DNA of 64,000 bases from Promethearchaeota archaeon (lineage in GTDB: Archaea > Asgardarchaeota > Lokiarchaeia > Sigyniarchaeales > SOKP01): assembly GCA_019058365.1 (NCBI GenBank), contig JAHPZE010000020.1, positions 1 to 64,000 of the forward strand, read 5' to 3'. The position numbers were made by a program, and so were the translations under genes. Positions 1 to 9,577 of this stretch are shown here, piece by piece. The stretch's first letter is position 1. The number at the start of each line of letters is the position of its first letter. The notes beneath the pieces were generated by a model, which searched no databases, was not told the origin of the DNA, and saw only the letters and a program-made list of their open reading frames with translations.

Positions 1-82
1 TATAAAAAGTCAATGTTCAATAGGATTTAGAGATCTACTTCCTTTGGTACTGTATAATTTTATTTTTAAGTTCTATTCATAA

Positions 83-757
83 ATGATTAGAACAATAAGA
101 GAAAGCTCAATACATGCCACTTTAAAACGGATATATGAAGAACCTGGAGATCAAATTGAAAAATCAGTTGATAAATACGTAATTGATATTGTTCGTGGCA
201 AACTTCTAATTGAGATTCAAACCCAAAACTTTTCAACAATTAGAAAAAAGCTTGAGAACCTTATCCAGAATTATAGAGTTCTTTTAATTCACCCTATAAT
301 CCAAGATAAGTGGATCATAAATTTAGATTCTATACGTAAAAACATACTCAGAAAGAGATTATCACCGGAACATGGTTCAATTCTTAATATATTCAAAGAA
401 TTGATATATATCTCTGACTTAATCTCTAATCCAAATTTAATTTTAGAGATAATACTAATTCAAGCAGAAGAAATTAGAGTAAGCGATGGTTTTGGGTGCT
501 GGAAAAGAAAAGGTTGGAGTATTCATGACCGTAAATTATTAAAAATTTTGGATCATAAAATTTTCTCCAATCCAAAGCAATTTTTAGACTTTATTCCAGA
601 TGAGATTAAAATCCCCTTTTCAAATATAATTCTTGCTAATTGTTTAAATATTTCAATTAAACTAGCTCGAAAGATGACGTATTCACTAAGAAAAATGAAT
701 CTACTTAAAGTTAATCAGAAAGTTGGTAATTCATATCTTTTTAATTTAAAGTTTTAA
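83..757 (+). CDS. Conserved hypothetical protein, PD-(D/E)XK nuclease-like N-terminus with a winged-helix-like C-terminus
   Basis: VID-x8-IEIQT pattern resembles a restriction-endonuclease-like fold; C-terminal helix-turn-helix/wing-like segment (FSNIILANCLNISIKLARKMTYSLRKMNLL). Confidence 0.55.
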   Translation: MIRTIRESSIHATLKRIYEEPGDQIEKSVDKYVIDIVRGKLLIEIQTQNFSTIRKKLENLIQNYRVLLIHPIIQDKWIINLDSIRKNILRKRLSPEHGSILNIFKELIYISDLISNPNLILEIILIQAEEIRVSDGFGCWKRKGWSIHDRKLLKILDHKIFSNPKQFLDFIPDEIKIPFSNIILANCLNISIKLARKMTYSLRKMNLLKVNQKVGNSYLFNLKF

Positions 758-843
758 CATACAAATTCCAATCTTACATTAAAATTGATAGGATTAATTG
801 CTTTTTATTTCGGATAATTTAAAAAAAAAAATTAAATTTAATC

Positions 844-977
844 TCAAATTTTTATTTTTGATTTGGTTATGATATGTTCGCATTTTAGACAGATTTAAAA
901 TAGCGGTAATCTTGCATTGTGCTAAAAAGTATGAACCTAGGATATCTGCTGGTAAAAAAGAAGCGATACTCTAGGAA
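844..977 (-). pseudogene. Decayed remnant of the 3' end of the K+ channel gene (copy of ~7608-7744)
   Basis: Direct nucleotide similarity, e.g. aatagcggtaatcttgcattgtgctaaaaa here vs aatagcggtaatcttgcatagtgctaaaaa at ~7663, with indels. Confidence 0.9.
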
Positions 978-1073
978 ATTTTGTTTTTACTCTCTGTTTT
1001 TATAATTGGAACTATTTTAATCTTTACAGTCCCGTTTAGTGTTAAAAAAACTAATGGGCTTCTAATGCAAAGT
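978..1073 (+). pseudogene. Remnant of the 5' end of the membrane alpha/beta-hydrolase gene (copy of ~9626-9721)
   Basis: tctctgtttttataattggaactattttaatctttacagtcccgtttagtgttaaaa is nearly identical to 9639-9695. Confidence 0.9.
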
Positions 1074-1139
1074 AAATTTTAAGAATACATCTATCTGAAG
1101 CATAGAGATAAGGTTAAAAAGAAAAAAATTAAAATTTCT

Positions 1140-2987
1140 TTAAGTAGAATTTAACACTTCAAACTGGCTATTATATAAATCGGCATAATATCCATTTCTG
1201 GCTAGCAGTTCTTTATGGGTACCTTGCTCCACAATCTCCCCATCCCGAATTGCAAAGATCAAGTCAGCATTTCGAATAGTAGATAACCGGTGAGCAATGA
1301 CAAAGCTTGTTCTATTCTGCATTAAGGCATCCATAGCATTTTGAATCAATATCTCTGTATGTGTGTCTACAGAACTGGTAGCCTCGTCGAGGATTAGTAT
1401 TGGTGGATCAGAAAGAACAGCACGAGCGATTGTGAGCAATTGCATTTGACCTTGAGAGATATTTGTTATTTCTTCGTTAATTATCATGTTATATCCATCA
1501 GGTAAGGTTTTTACAAAGTGATCAACATTAGCTATACGTGCAGCAGCTCGTACTTCTTCATCAGTAGCATCTTGATTACTAAAGCGGATATTATTCATAA
1601 TGGAATCATTATAAAGCCATGTATCTTGAAGTACCATTCCAAACATTTGGCGCAAATCTTCGCGAGTCATCTCTCGAGTGTCATGACCATCTACTAAAAT
1701 TACTCCACTATTTAATTCATAGAAACGCATGAGCAATTTGACTAATGTGGTCTTACCCGCACCCGTTGGACCCACAATTGCAATTTTTTGTCCAGGTTGA
1801 GCTATTGCGGAGAAGTTATGAATGACTATCTTATCTTGACTATATCCAAAAGTCACATTACGGAATTCTACTAACCCATCAACTTGCTTTAACTTAATAG
1901 GCTCGGAGACTTCAACGACCTCTTCTTCTTCTTCAAGGAATTTAAATACACGTTCTGCTGCAGCAGCTGTTTGTTGGAGAACATTTGTAACATTAGCAAG
2001 TTGGCTGAGAGGCTGAGTGAATGAACGGATGTATTGGATAAATGCTTGAATATCCCCTATGGTTATAACATTCTGGATAACTAAATAAGCTCCAAGAATA
2101 GTAACAACAACATATCCTAAATTGCTGATGAAAAACGTGATTGGTATCATCAATCCCGAGACAAAATTAGCTTTCCAGGATCCTTTATACCATTGATTAT
2201 TTAATCCTTTAAATTTTTCAACACTTTTTTCCTCTCCACTGAAAGCTTTTACGACGATATGGCCACCATACATTTCTTCTACATGTCCATTAACGTGTCC
2301 TAAATAATCTTGTTGTTGTTTAAAGTACTTCTGTGATCGACCAATGATAACGCCTATTAGTAGCAATGTCAGGGGAAGCATCCCCAGTGCAACTAATGTC
2401 ATTATCCAATTTATACTTAACATCATAATTACGATACCAACAACCGTAACTACTGATGTAATAATTGATGTGAGACTCTGACTCAATGTTTGGTTTATTG
2501 TATCTATATCATTCGTAATACGAGATAGTACTTCTCCATAAGTTGTTTGATCATAATATTTAAGTGGCAAGTGGTTAATCTTTTCCGAAATATCTCGACG
2601 GAGTCGGTAAGCAACATTAGTGGAAATATTTGCCATAATCCAACCTTGGATAAAACCAAAAGCTGCTGAAACAATATAAATTATCAGCACTTCTAGTAGA
2701 ATTCCTCCAATTTTAACAAAATCAATTTCACCCGTGCCACTAACTTTAGCTATTATACCATTAACCAAAGTCGTGGTAGCAGTTCCTAAAATCTTTGGTC
2801 CTATAATGATTGCTGTAGTAGAAGCTGCTGCAAAAATAAACACTAATAAAACTAGCCATTTATATCTACCCATATACCGAAATAATTTTCCCATAGTTCC
2901 ACGAAAATCGGTTGCTTTTTCGCGCACTCCGAACATAGAACCCGGTGGACCAGGACCCCTCATGGGTCCTCCACGTCGTCCCATCAT
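1140..2987 (-). CDS. Heterodimeric ABC multidrug exporter, TMD-NBD subunit with consensus Walker B/H-switch (TM288/YfiC-like)
   Basis: GPTGAGKT Walker A, ILILDEAT, AHR switch, degenerate ISQGQ signature, 6 TM segments. Confidence 0.93.
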   Translation of the reverse strand: MMGRRGGPMRGPGPPGSMFGVREKATDFRGTMGKLFRYMGRYKWLVLLVFIFAAASTTAIIIGPKILGTATTTLVNGIIAKVSGTGEIDFVKIGGILLEVLIIYIVSAAFGFIQGWIMANISTNVAYRLRRDISEKINHLPLKYYDQTTYGEVLSRITNDIDTINQTLSQSLTSIITSVVTVVGIVIMMLSINWIMTLVALGMLPLTLLLIGVIIGRSQKYFKQQQDYLGHVNGHVEEMYGGHIVVKAFSGEEKSVEKFKGLNNQWYKGSWKANFVSGLMIPITFFISNLGYVVVTILGAYLVIQNVITIGDIQAFIQYIRSFTQPLSQLANVTNVLQQTAAAAERVFKFLEEEEEVVEVSEPIKLKQVDGLVEFRNVTFGYSQDKIVIHNFSAIAQPGQKIAIVGPTGAGKTTLVKLLMRFYELNSGVILVDGHDTREMTREDLRQMFGMVLQDTWLYNDSIMNNIRFSNQDATDEEVRAAARIANVDHFVKTLPDGYNMIINEEITNISQGQMQLLTIARAVLSDPPILILDEATSSVDTHTEILIQNAMDALMQNRTSFVIAHRLSTIRNADLIFAIRDGEIVEQGTHKELLARNGYYADLYNSQFEVLNST

Positions 2988-5215
2988 GATGATTCCTCCA
3001 ATTCAAGTTGTGAAATGGCTATATCCCTATATATAACACAATCTTCCATGAGCTCAGCATGCTTACCCTTCCCAACTATTTCTCCTTCATTGAGAACAAT
3101 AATCTGATCAGCATCTTTAATAGTAGAAACTCTTTGAGTTACTATGAGGACAGTACTTGCTGATATAGATTTTCGAAGGGCTTTTCTTAACGCAATATCG
3201 GTTTTAAAATCTAAATTAGAAAAACTATCATCTAAAATGTTAATTGGAGCTTTTTTGACTAATGCCCGAGCGATCGAAAGGCGCTGCTTTTGACCTCCAG
3301 ATACATTCTTACCACCTTGGGCTATTTCAGTAGCCATTCGCTCAGGTTTAGAATTTATGAACTCGGTAGCTTGAGCAGTCTCTATTGATGACTCAAGAAC
3401 ATCTTCACTCGCATTTTCATCTGCAAACAGGAGATTACTTTCAATAGTTCCGGAAAATAACACGCTTGTTTGAGGCACGTATCCAATTTTTTCATGAAGT
3501 TCTTGTTGACTAACATCACGCACATCAACGCCATCAATCAATATCGTTCCTGATGAAACCTCATATAAGCGAGGGATCAAATTTACAAGCGTAGATTTAC
3601 CAGACCCAGTGGGCCCAATAATAGCCGTAAATTGCCCTGCATAAGCCGTAAAAGAAATGTCGCATAAAGCATTCTCTGGTGCTCCAGCATAACGGAAAGA
3701 AACATCTTGAAATTCAATTTCTCCTTTAAATGGTTCATCAAAATGTTTTGGATTTTCGAGATCTTGGATCATTATATCAACTTTTAAAACCTCGGCAATA
3801 CGATTTACAGACACTAAAGCTCGAGGCAAGATGATAAACATTAATGACAGCATAAGGAAGGCAAAAGTCACTTGTATAGCGTATTGCATGAAAGCAATCA
3901 TATCACCGACTTGGATATTTGCATTAGCTACGCCGTGCGATCCCACCCATATGATAATAATTACAAGAACATTCATCAACATCATCATCACTGGCATCAT
4001 AATTACCATTACTCGGTTTATAAACAGTGAAACCCTAGTAAGATCAATATTAGCTTCATCAAATCGATCTTCTTCGAACTTTTGTTTATTAAAAGCTCTT
4101 ACAACCATTAAACCCGACAAACTCTCTCGAGCTACGAGATTAAGGCGATCTATTAATTTTTGGATGCTCTTAAATTTCGGTAAGGCTACGTAAAATACTA
4201 CCAGGATAAGGGCAAGTAATATTCCTACTGCCATTGCTAATATCCACCACATCGAGGGAGCTAAGTCAAGGGCGTGTATTACCCCACCTATCCCCAAAAT
4301 AGGAGCATAAAACACCAAACGGATGATCATCATTATTGCCATTTGGATTTGAGTTATATCATTTGTTGAGCGCGTAATCAATGATGCTGTGGAAAAGGTA
4401 TCAAATTCAGTACTCGAGAATTTTTCAACCTTCTCAAATATATCCTTTCGCATATCACGAGACATTCCAGTTGCAGTTTTAGCGGAAAAATATCCGACTC
4501 CAATTGTACATGCCATTGCAAGAATTGTAAGAAGAAGCATCAAACCACCATAGTAGAATATGTAATTAAGTTGCATTTGATCTACATTTATGCCAAGTTT
4601 TTCATACTCAACTCTTACAACTTGAATTGCTGCCTGTATTATAAAATTTTCTCCAAGAGCGCTAAATTGTGAGTTAACCAAAGCAGTTATCGATGCCACT
4701 GCTATAGGTTGTGTTTTAAGAAATGTAAATAAGTCTGTACCACCAGGGAGAGAAATATTTAATTGAAAATTTACAAACATGCGTAAGGTATCATTTGTCA
4801 TTAGTAATTCGACGAAGGATACCGTTAAAAGCCCACTGGCCATAATCGGGTTTAAATGTGCGATTGTCTTGCTATTAGAATCGTTCAATACATAAATAGA
4901 TTGGTTAAGTAGAGCGGGATATTTTTTAACATAATGACTAGCTTCTGTAGTGCCGTTTTGAATGAAAGTATAAGCATTAAGCACGTCTGTCTGGTTTTCT
5001 GGAGTAAGAAATAGCAAAGTATGGTTCATTTCAATCCCCCGCATTGCTTCGGGCACCGCATTCTTTATACCCTTTTGCTGAATGCCTACATTCACTATCT
5101 TTGCGAGATAATCAGGTAATGTTAGGTTAAAATTTGCTTGTCCAAATAACAACACAATAGAAACAGCAATCATTATGAGGTAAGGTTTTGAATACTTAAT
5201 CATTCTGACTTTCAT
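2984..5215 (-). CDS. Heterodimeric ABC multidrug exporter, TMD-NBD subunit with degenerate site and a large extracellular insertion (TM287/YfiB-like)
   Basis: GPTGSGKS, VSGGQKQR, non-canonical Walker B ILDDS and TQR switch; 4-nt overlap with the partner gene. Confidence 0.93.
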   Translation of the reverse strand: MKVRMIKYSKPYLIMIAVSIVLLFGQANFNLTLPDYLAKIVNVGIQQKGIKNAVPEAMRGIEMNHTLLFLTPENQTDVLNAYTFIQNGTTEASHYVKKYPALLNQSIYVLNDSNSKTIAHLNPIMASGLLTVSFVELLMTNDTLRMFVNFQLNISLPGGTDLFTFLKTQPIAVASITALVNSQFSALGENFIIQAAIQVVRVEYEKLGINVDQMQLNYIFYYGGLMLLLTILAMACTIGVGYFSAKTATGMSRDMRKDIFEKVEKFSSTEFDTFSTASLITRSTNDITQIQMAIMMIIRLVFYAPILGIGGVIHALDLAPSMWWILAMAVGILLALILVVFYVALPKFKSIQKLIDRLNLVARESLSGLMVVRAFNKQKFEEDRFDEANIDLTRVSLFINRVMVIMMPVMMMLMNVLVIIIIWVGSHGVANANIQVGDMIAFMQYAIQVTFAFLMLSLMFIILPRALVSVNRIAEVLKVDIMIQDLENPKHFDEPFKGEIEFQDVSFRYAGAPENALCDISFTAYAGQFTAIIGPTGSGKSTLVNLIPRLYEVSSGTILIDGVDVRDVSQQELHEKIGYVPQTSVLFSGTIESNLLFADENASEDVLESSIETAQATEFINSKPERMATEIAQGGKNVSGGQKQRLSIARALVKKAPINILDDSFSNLDFKTDIALRKALRKSISASTVLIVTQRVSTIKDADQIIVLNEGEIVGKGKHAELMEDCVIYRDIAISQLELEESS

Positions 5216-5233
5216 TTTAAAATCACCATTAGC

Positions 5234-5509
5234 TTATTTAGTTTCTATTTCATTGTCTTTAGGTTCTACGGAAAGAGGATTGTCCATTAGATATTTCTTT
5301 AACTCATTTTGCCCTTTTTCCATCTTATTGAGAAGATGAGTCAAGAAATCTGCTTTGAGCAAAAGAACTATACTTTCGCCTTCTGTACCCATAACAATTA
5401 ACTTTTCACCAGCTTCGAGTTGTATCTTTTTACGCAATTCAATTGGTAAAACGACTTGACCTCGTTCTCCAACTGTTGCGCTACCATAAAATTCTAGTTT
5501 TCCAAAAAT
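5234..5509 (-). CDS. AbrB/MazE/SpoVT-family transcription regulator (true start upstream of the ORF-track start, probably ATT)
   Basis: Reading upstream of 5437 in frame gives FGKLEFYGSATVGERGQVVLPIELRKK, the swapped-hairpin signature; no ATG/GTG/TTG before the upstream stop; AGGGGA lies 7 nt before ATT at 5509. Confidence 0.85.
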   Translation of the reverse strand: MFGKLEFYGSATVGERGQVVLPIELRKKIQLEAGEKLIVMGTEGESIVLLLKADFLTHLLNKMEKGQNELKKYLMDNPLSVEPKDNEIETK

Positions 5510-5568
5510 AATTTTTTCCCCTAAAATAACTAATTATATTGTAAAAATACATGTAACAAATAAAGTTT

Positions 5569-5592
5569 TTCATATATCTCATATTTTTCATA
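5569..5592. promoter_or_regulatory. Three direct repeats YTCATA with a 9-bp period upstream of the AbrB-ABC operon (candidate operator)
   Basis: ttcata-tat-ctcata-ttt-ttcata, directly upstream (minus strand) of a CTTTATTT TATA-like box. Confidence 0.45.
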
Positions 5593-5916
5593 CAAATCAG
5601 AAAAATTGCTATAAATAAAATTATAAATAATTTGAATATTGAGATTATGTTTGAGAGTATATGTTTAACGCTTATAATTTAATAATTTTTCTTTAATATT
5701 TCGGTATAAGGAGCCAAATACGACATTTTTTAATTCGCTCCTTACTTCTTTACTATTTTAATAACCTAAATATAATATTTTTTTAATCCTCTAATTGCGT
5801 TTAAAGTAATCCATTTGCTTTCAGTATTTAATTCCAAATTTAAGCTTTAAATTTAAAATCCTTAGTTAATTTTATATAATTAAATAGAAATCAAAACGAT
5901 AAGGAGAGAAGACCGC

Positions 5917-6249
5917 ATGAATATGAAAGAAATTATGGAAAAGTGCCAGTTAACTGAAGAAGAACTGAAGGAATATTTGCACTTAACCAAAAATATTGAC
6001 CATAAAGAAGATCATAGTCGTGCTTATAGAACTATGATGAATCAAACGAGGAGAGAAATTTTAAAATTCATAGGAATTAATATAAAAACGTTCGAACAAA
6101 TAAGAAATGAATTTCAAGAAGAGGATGATCTATTAAGATATCATCTATCAATGTTAGAGCAATTATTTTACATCATGAATACAGAAAGTGGTTGGAAAGC
6201 GACCCCAAGGGGAATAGGGTTTTTGAATAATGCAATAATGGGAGATTAA
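5917..6249 (+). CDS. Winged-helix (ArsR-like) protein
   Basis: RREILKFI...LRYHLSMLE...WKATPRG wHTH pattern; AGGAGA RBS upstream. Confidence 0.7.
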   Translation: MNMKEIMEKCQLTEEELKEYLHLTKNIDHKEDHSRAYRTMMNQTRREILKFIGINIKTFEQIRNEFQEEDDLLRYHLSMLEQLFYIMNTESGWKATPRGIGFLNNAIMGD

Positions 6250-6286
6250 GTTTTAATGTTGTTAAAGGTTTAAATAGACAATTTTT

Positions 6287-7293
6287 TTATAAAATATTAC
6301 TAATCTTATCGATAAGGAAATCTGCTTTTTTTTCTATTTCATCTTTACTACTTGTAATTCGAATTCCAAATGCAGAACCTAATCCCGCATCAGAAACACC
6401 TACACTTATATTTATAGCTCTACTTAACAAGTCATTCGTTTTAGGTAACATACCTTTGTTATATTTTATTTTTGATCCTTTGTAAAAAGAACATGAAAAA
6501 GGACAGTTTTCTTCAGTTACAGTTTTTTTTACCTAAGAAATGTTCCATATTATTATAAACATGTCAGCCTGATTCTGCAATAGTTGTGGTTCCTAATTCA
6601 TCAGCTAATTTTGTAGCTTTTTCAGATGAGGGCAAAAAGAAAGTCAATAAAGTGCCTACATCTCCATTCTTGTCTAGAATTTTCCTAAATTCTATTTCTT
6701 CTATTGTAGACAAACGTTTTTTTAAATATTCTTTATTTTAATGGAGCTTTTCCCTAATATGTGGGGTTTTTTTGAGTTGAGTTCTAGCGACAGCAGCAGT
6801 TAATTCATTCATCCTGAAATTTAACCCTAAAACAGTTCTTTTTCCTTGTTCTACTCCTTGTCTTAAAGGCAAATGCCCTTAATCATGGATGGCAAAAGCT
6901 CTTTTATATAGATTTACATCATCAGTAACTACTATCCCACCATCACCGGCGATTATTGTTTCATAAACATTTAAACTAAAAGCCCCCATTTTACCAAACG
7001 TGCCAACAGATTTACCTTTATACATAGCTCCAAAAGCTTGAGCACAGTCTTCTATTAAGATGAGGTCATTGTCGTCAGCAATTTTAGAAATCTTATCTAA
7101 ATGACCTGGATTTCCTAGCATATGAACAAGCATAATTGCTTTCGTACGAGGAGTGATTTTTTGTTCAATATTTTCCGGATCAAGAGTTAAAGTTTTATCT
7201 ATCTCGCCTAATATTGGTATTGCACGAGCAAATATGATAGAAGTTATACTTGCGATGAATGTGTAACCGGGGACGATTACTTCATCTCCTGGT
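6287..7293 (-). pseudogene. DegT/DnrJ/EryC1/StrS sugar aminotransferase pseudogene
   Basis: Frame PGDEVIVPGYTFIAS...IEDCAQAFG...GDGG...GLNFRMNEL. N-terminus missing; in-frame TAA at 6879, a second TAA near 6739, a TGA near 6565 (SG*HVY), a +1 shift in an A8 run at ~6523-6530; the PLP lysine reads E (NVYET). Confidence 0.9.
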
Positions 7294-7580
7294 CAGTTAT
7301 CCAAAATAAAATTAAAGATGGAATTAAGGGACAGATAATTTCGGGATTAATTACTTTTGGGGAACAGATTTTGTACATGATAGTATTTCTCCTTTTTTTT
7401 AGCTTTTTATTCGGAAGTTTTTTCAATTTTGGAGTCTATTTGCCCATTACTATACCTACCACTTTATTATCGAGTTTTGTTTATGTTGCTTTATATAGGA
7501 AAACAGGAAATATAATCTCAGGCACTCTTATAAGCGCTTTCATTGTAGCAATGATAATCATTACCGTATCAGTTATTTAA
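7294..7580 (+). pseudogene. Remnant of the 3' end of the membrane alpha/beta-hydrolase gene (copy of ~11004-11290)
   Basis: Nucleotide and protein near-identity with the last ~95 codons of 9578..11290; abuts the truncated DegT gene. Confidence 0.92.
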
Positions 7581-7600
7581 GTTTCTAAATTCTTTTTTTT

Positions 7601-9310
7601 TTAAATTCTAATTTTAATTTTTGGCTTGGTTATAATATATTTACATTTTGGACAGATTTTATAATAGCGGTAATCTTGCATAGTGCTAAAAAAGTTTGAT
7701 CCAAGGATACCTGCTGGTAAAATAAAAAGGGATACTCCAAGAAAGGCTAAAGCTATTGTACAAAAACGACCGCCTGTAGTTATAGGATATACATCACCAA
7801 ATCCTGTAGTTGTAAATGTGATAATTCCCATCCACAAGGCAGTAGGGATATCTGAAAATTTAGTTGGTTGAGCACTTCTCTCCAGATAATAAATTAATGT
7901 AGAAGCGAATATAACAAAAATCCCGCAAAGTATGACTGTGACAAAAAACTCTCGTTTTGTTTCCTTAAAAATTAATCCCGCAACCCTAAATACATCAACA
8001 AAATGTCCAATTTTAAATATAACTAACATCCTGAATATTTGGAGGTATAAAACTAAAATGCGAATATGATTAAAAACAACCATAAGATATAGAGCGACGA
8101 GGATGATGATGTCAATAATAGCTAAAGGGCTTAAAACATATTTTATTCTCCCTCTAAGAGGATATTTGTATTTGTCTTTTTTTGAGGCAACGATACACCA
8201 GACTCGTAATAAATATTCAACGGTAAATACAATGATTGTAAATATTAACAAAGAATTTAATAGAGATCTAAGCCCTAATGATAATTCTGGGTTAGTTCCA
8301 ATCATTATTGCCAAAATATTTAGAGTTATAATGCTTGCAAAGAAAATAAATACAATCTTTTGTCCTAATTTAGTTGGAAATCTAAATTGAATTAACTTAT
8401 ATATTTTCTTTTTATAGTTCCCCTTGAAAGTAGTTTTTATGACTTTTTTTTTATCTTTCCTCTTTCTTAATTTTCTTATAAACTCAGATTTTGGAATAAT
8501 TTCTTGACAGTTTGGGCAAACTTCTGAGGATGGTTTCCTTTCTTCAATTTCCTCGAGAAATCCCGATACAATAACACTAGCAGGTAATAAGAATAATGTT
8601 ATCCCTATAAAGGATATGACTCCTGATACAATTTTTCCAAGTAGAGTTAATGGTACAATATCCCCATAACCTATTGTAAAGAGATTTATTGCTGTAAACC
8701 ACATAGAGCTAAAGAGATTTGTTATTTTATCAGGTTGGGCTTCATGTTCAGCAATATATATAAAAATAGAACCAAAAAACATCAAAATTAAAGAGAGCAT
8801 TAACGTGATTAATAATTCTTCCTTCTTGCGTTTTATCACCCCTAATATAATTTTAAAAGATCTAGAATAGCGACTGAATTTTAAAAATACAAATAAACGC
8901 AACAATCGTGCAATGTCCATCACTTCATAAACAAAAAGACCTATCAAAAATATTATGAATGAAATAGCACTTAGAAAATCAATTATCCCTGTCATACTTG
9001 TAATGTAATTCCATCGTTTTGAAATTGAATCCCTATTTATTACTTTTTGATTATAAGTCCAAATGCGGAGAAAATATTCTAACACAAATGTTAACCCAGT
9101 AATACACGATAATATTACAAAAATCACGTGGAAATGTTGCTGTAAATTTATATTAGTTTCTAATATTGCAATAGTACCATATATTAGACTTGATAAAATC
9201 AGCCAGATTGCTATTAGTTTTGCTGAAATAGTTCTTATTATAGGAAAACTCAAACTTTTAAGGATTTGCTCTTTAAAAATATGGCCCTCAATATTTTTAT
9301 TTGTTTCCAT
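7601..9310 (-). CDS. Tandem two-domain (2 x 6TM) voltage-gated-type K+ channel, each module followed by a CxxC knuckle
   Basis: Two pore signatures (TIGYGD, TTGFGD), two S2 EY-LRxW motifs, S4 ARLLRLFVFLKFSR and a weaker second S4, S6 LPASVIVSGF / LPAGILGSNF, CPNC and CPKC. Confidence 0.9.
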   Translation of the reverse strand: METNKNIEGHIFKEQILKSLSFPIIRTISAKLIAIWLILSSLIYGTIAILETNINLQQHFHVIFVILSCITGLTFVLEYFLRIWTYNQKVINRDSISKRWNYITSMTGIIDFLSAISFIIFLIGLFVYEVMDIARLLRLFVFLKFSRYSRSFKIILGVIKRKKEELLITLMLSLILMFFGSIFIYIAEHEAQPDKITNLFSSMWFTAINLFTIGYGDIVPLTLLGKIVSGVISFIGITLFLLPASVIVSGFLEEIEERKPSSEVCPNCQEIIPKSEFIRKLRKRKDKKKVIKTTFKGNYKKKIYKLIQFRFPTKLGQKIVFIFFASIITLNILAIMIGTNPELSLGLRSLLNSLLIFTIIVFTVEYLLRVWCIVASKKDKYKYPLRGRIKYVLSPLAIIDIIILVALYLMVVFNHIRILVLYLQIFRMLVIFKIGHFVDVFRVAGLIFKETKREFFVTVILCGIFVIFASTLIYYLERSAQPTKFSDIPTALWMGIITFTTTGFGDVYPITTGGRFCTIALAFLGVSLFILPAGILGSNFFSTMQDYRYYKICPKCKYIITKPKIKIRI

Positions 9311-9577
9311 GATAAATCCAAAAATTTCAAAATTTTTTAAAAATATTATTAAATTTCATATTTTTATAGTTGTTAGCAGAAATTAATCTAAAATTGGAGT
9401 TAAAAAGAATATTGAGTTAATTAGATATTTAATCTAATATAAGATAAAATTTGTTCTTTTGTATTACGATTTGTAAGGGTAAAAATGATAAAAAATTACT
9501 CATGGTAGTTCATTAAATTTATAAAAGGAGAAATCAAAACAAAATATAACCTCTTTAATTTTTAACAAAAACTGAAT

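Noticed and set aside
2984-5215. Inactive ABC ATPase because of the DD Walker B and Q switch
   Set aside because: This is the normal degenerate site of heterodimeric exporters.
9420-9438. ATTAGAT-N5-ATCTAAT palindrome (likewise the all-AT 18-bp palindrome at 27208-27225)
   Set aside because: Expected by chance in very AT-rich spacers; no second copy seen.
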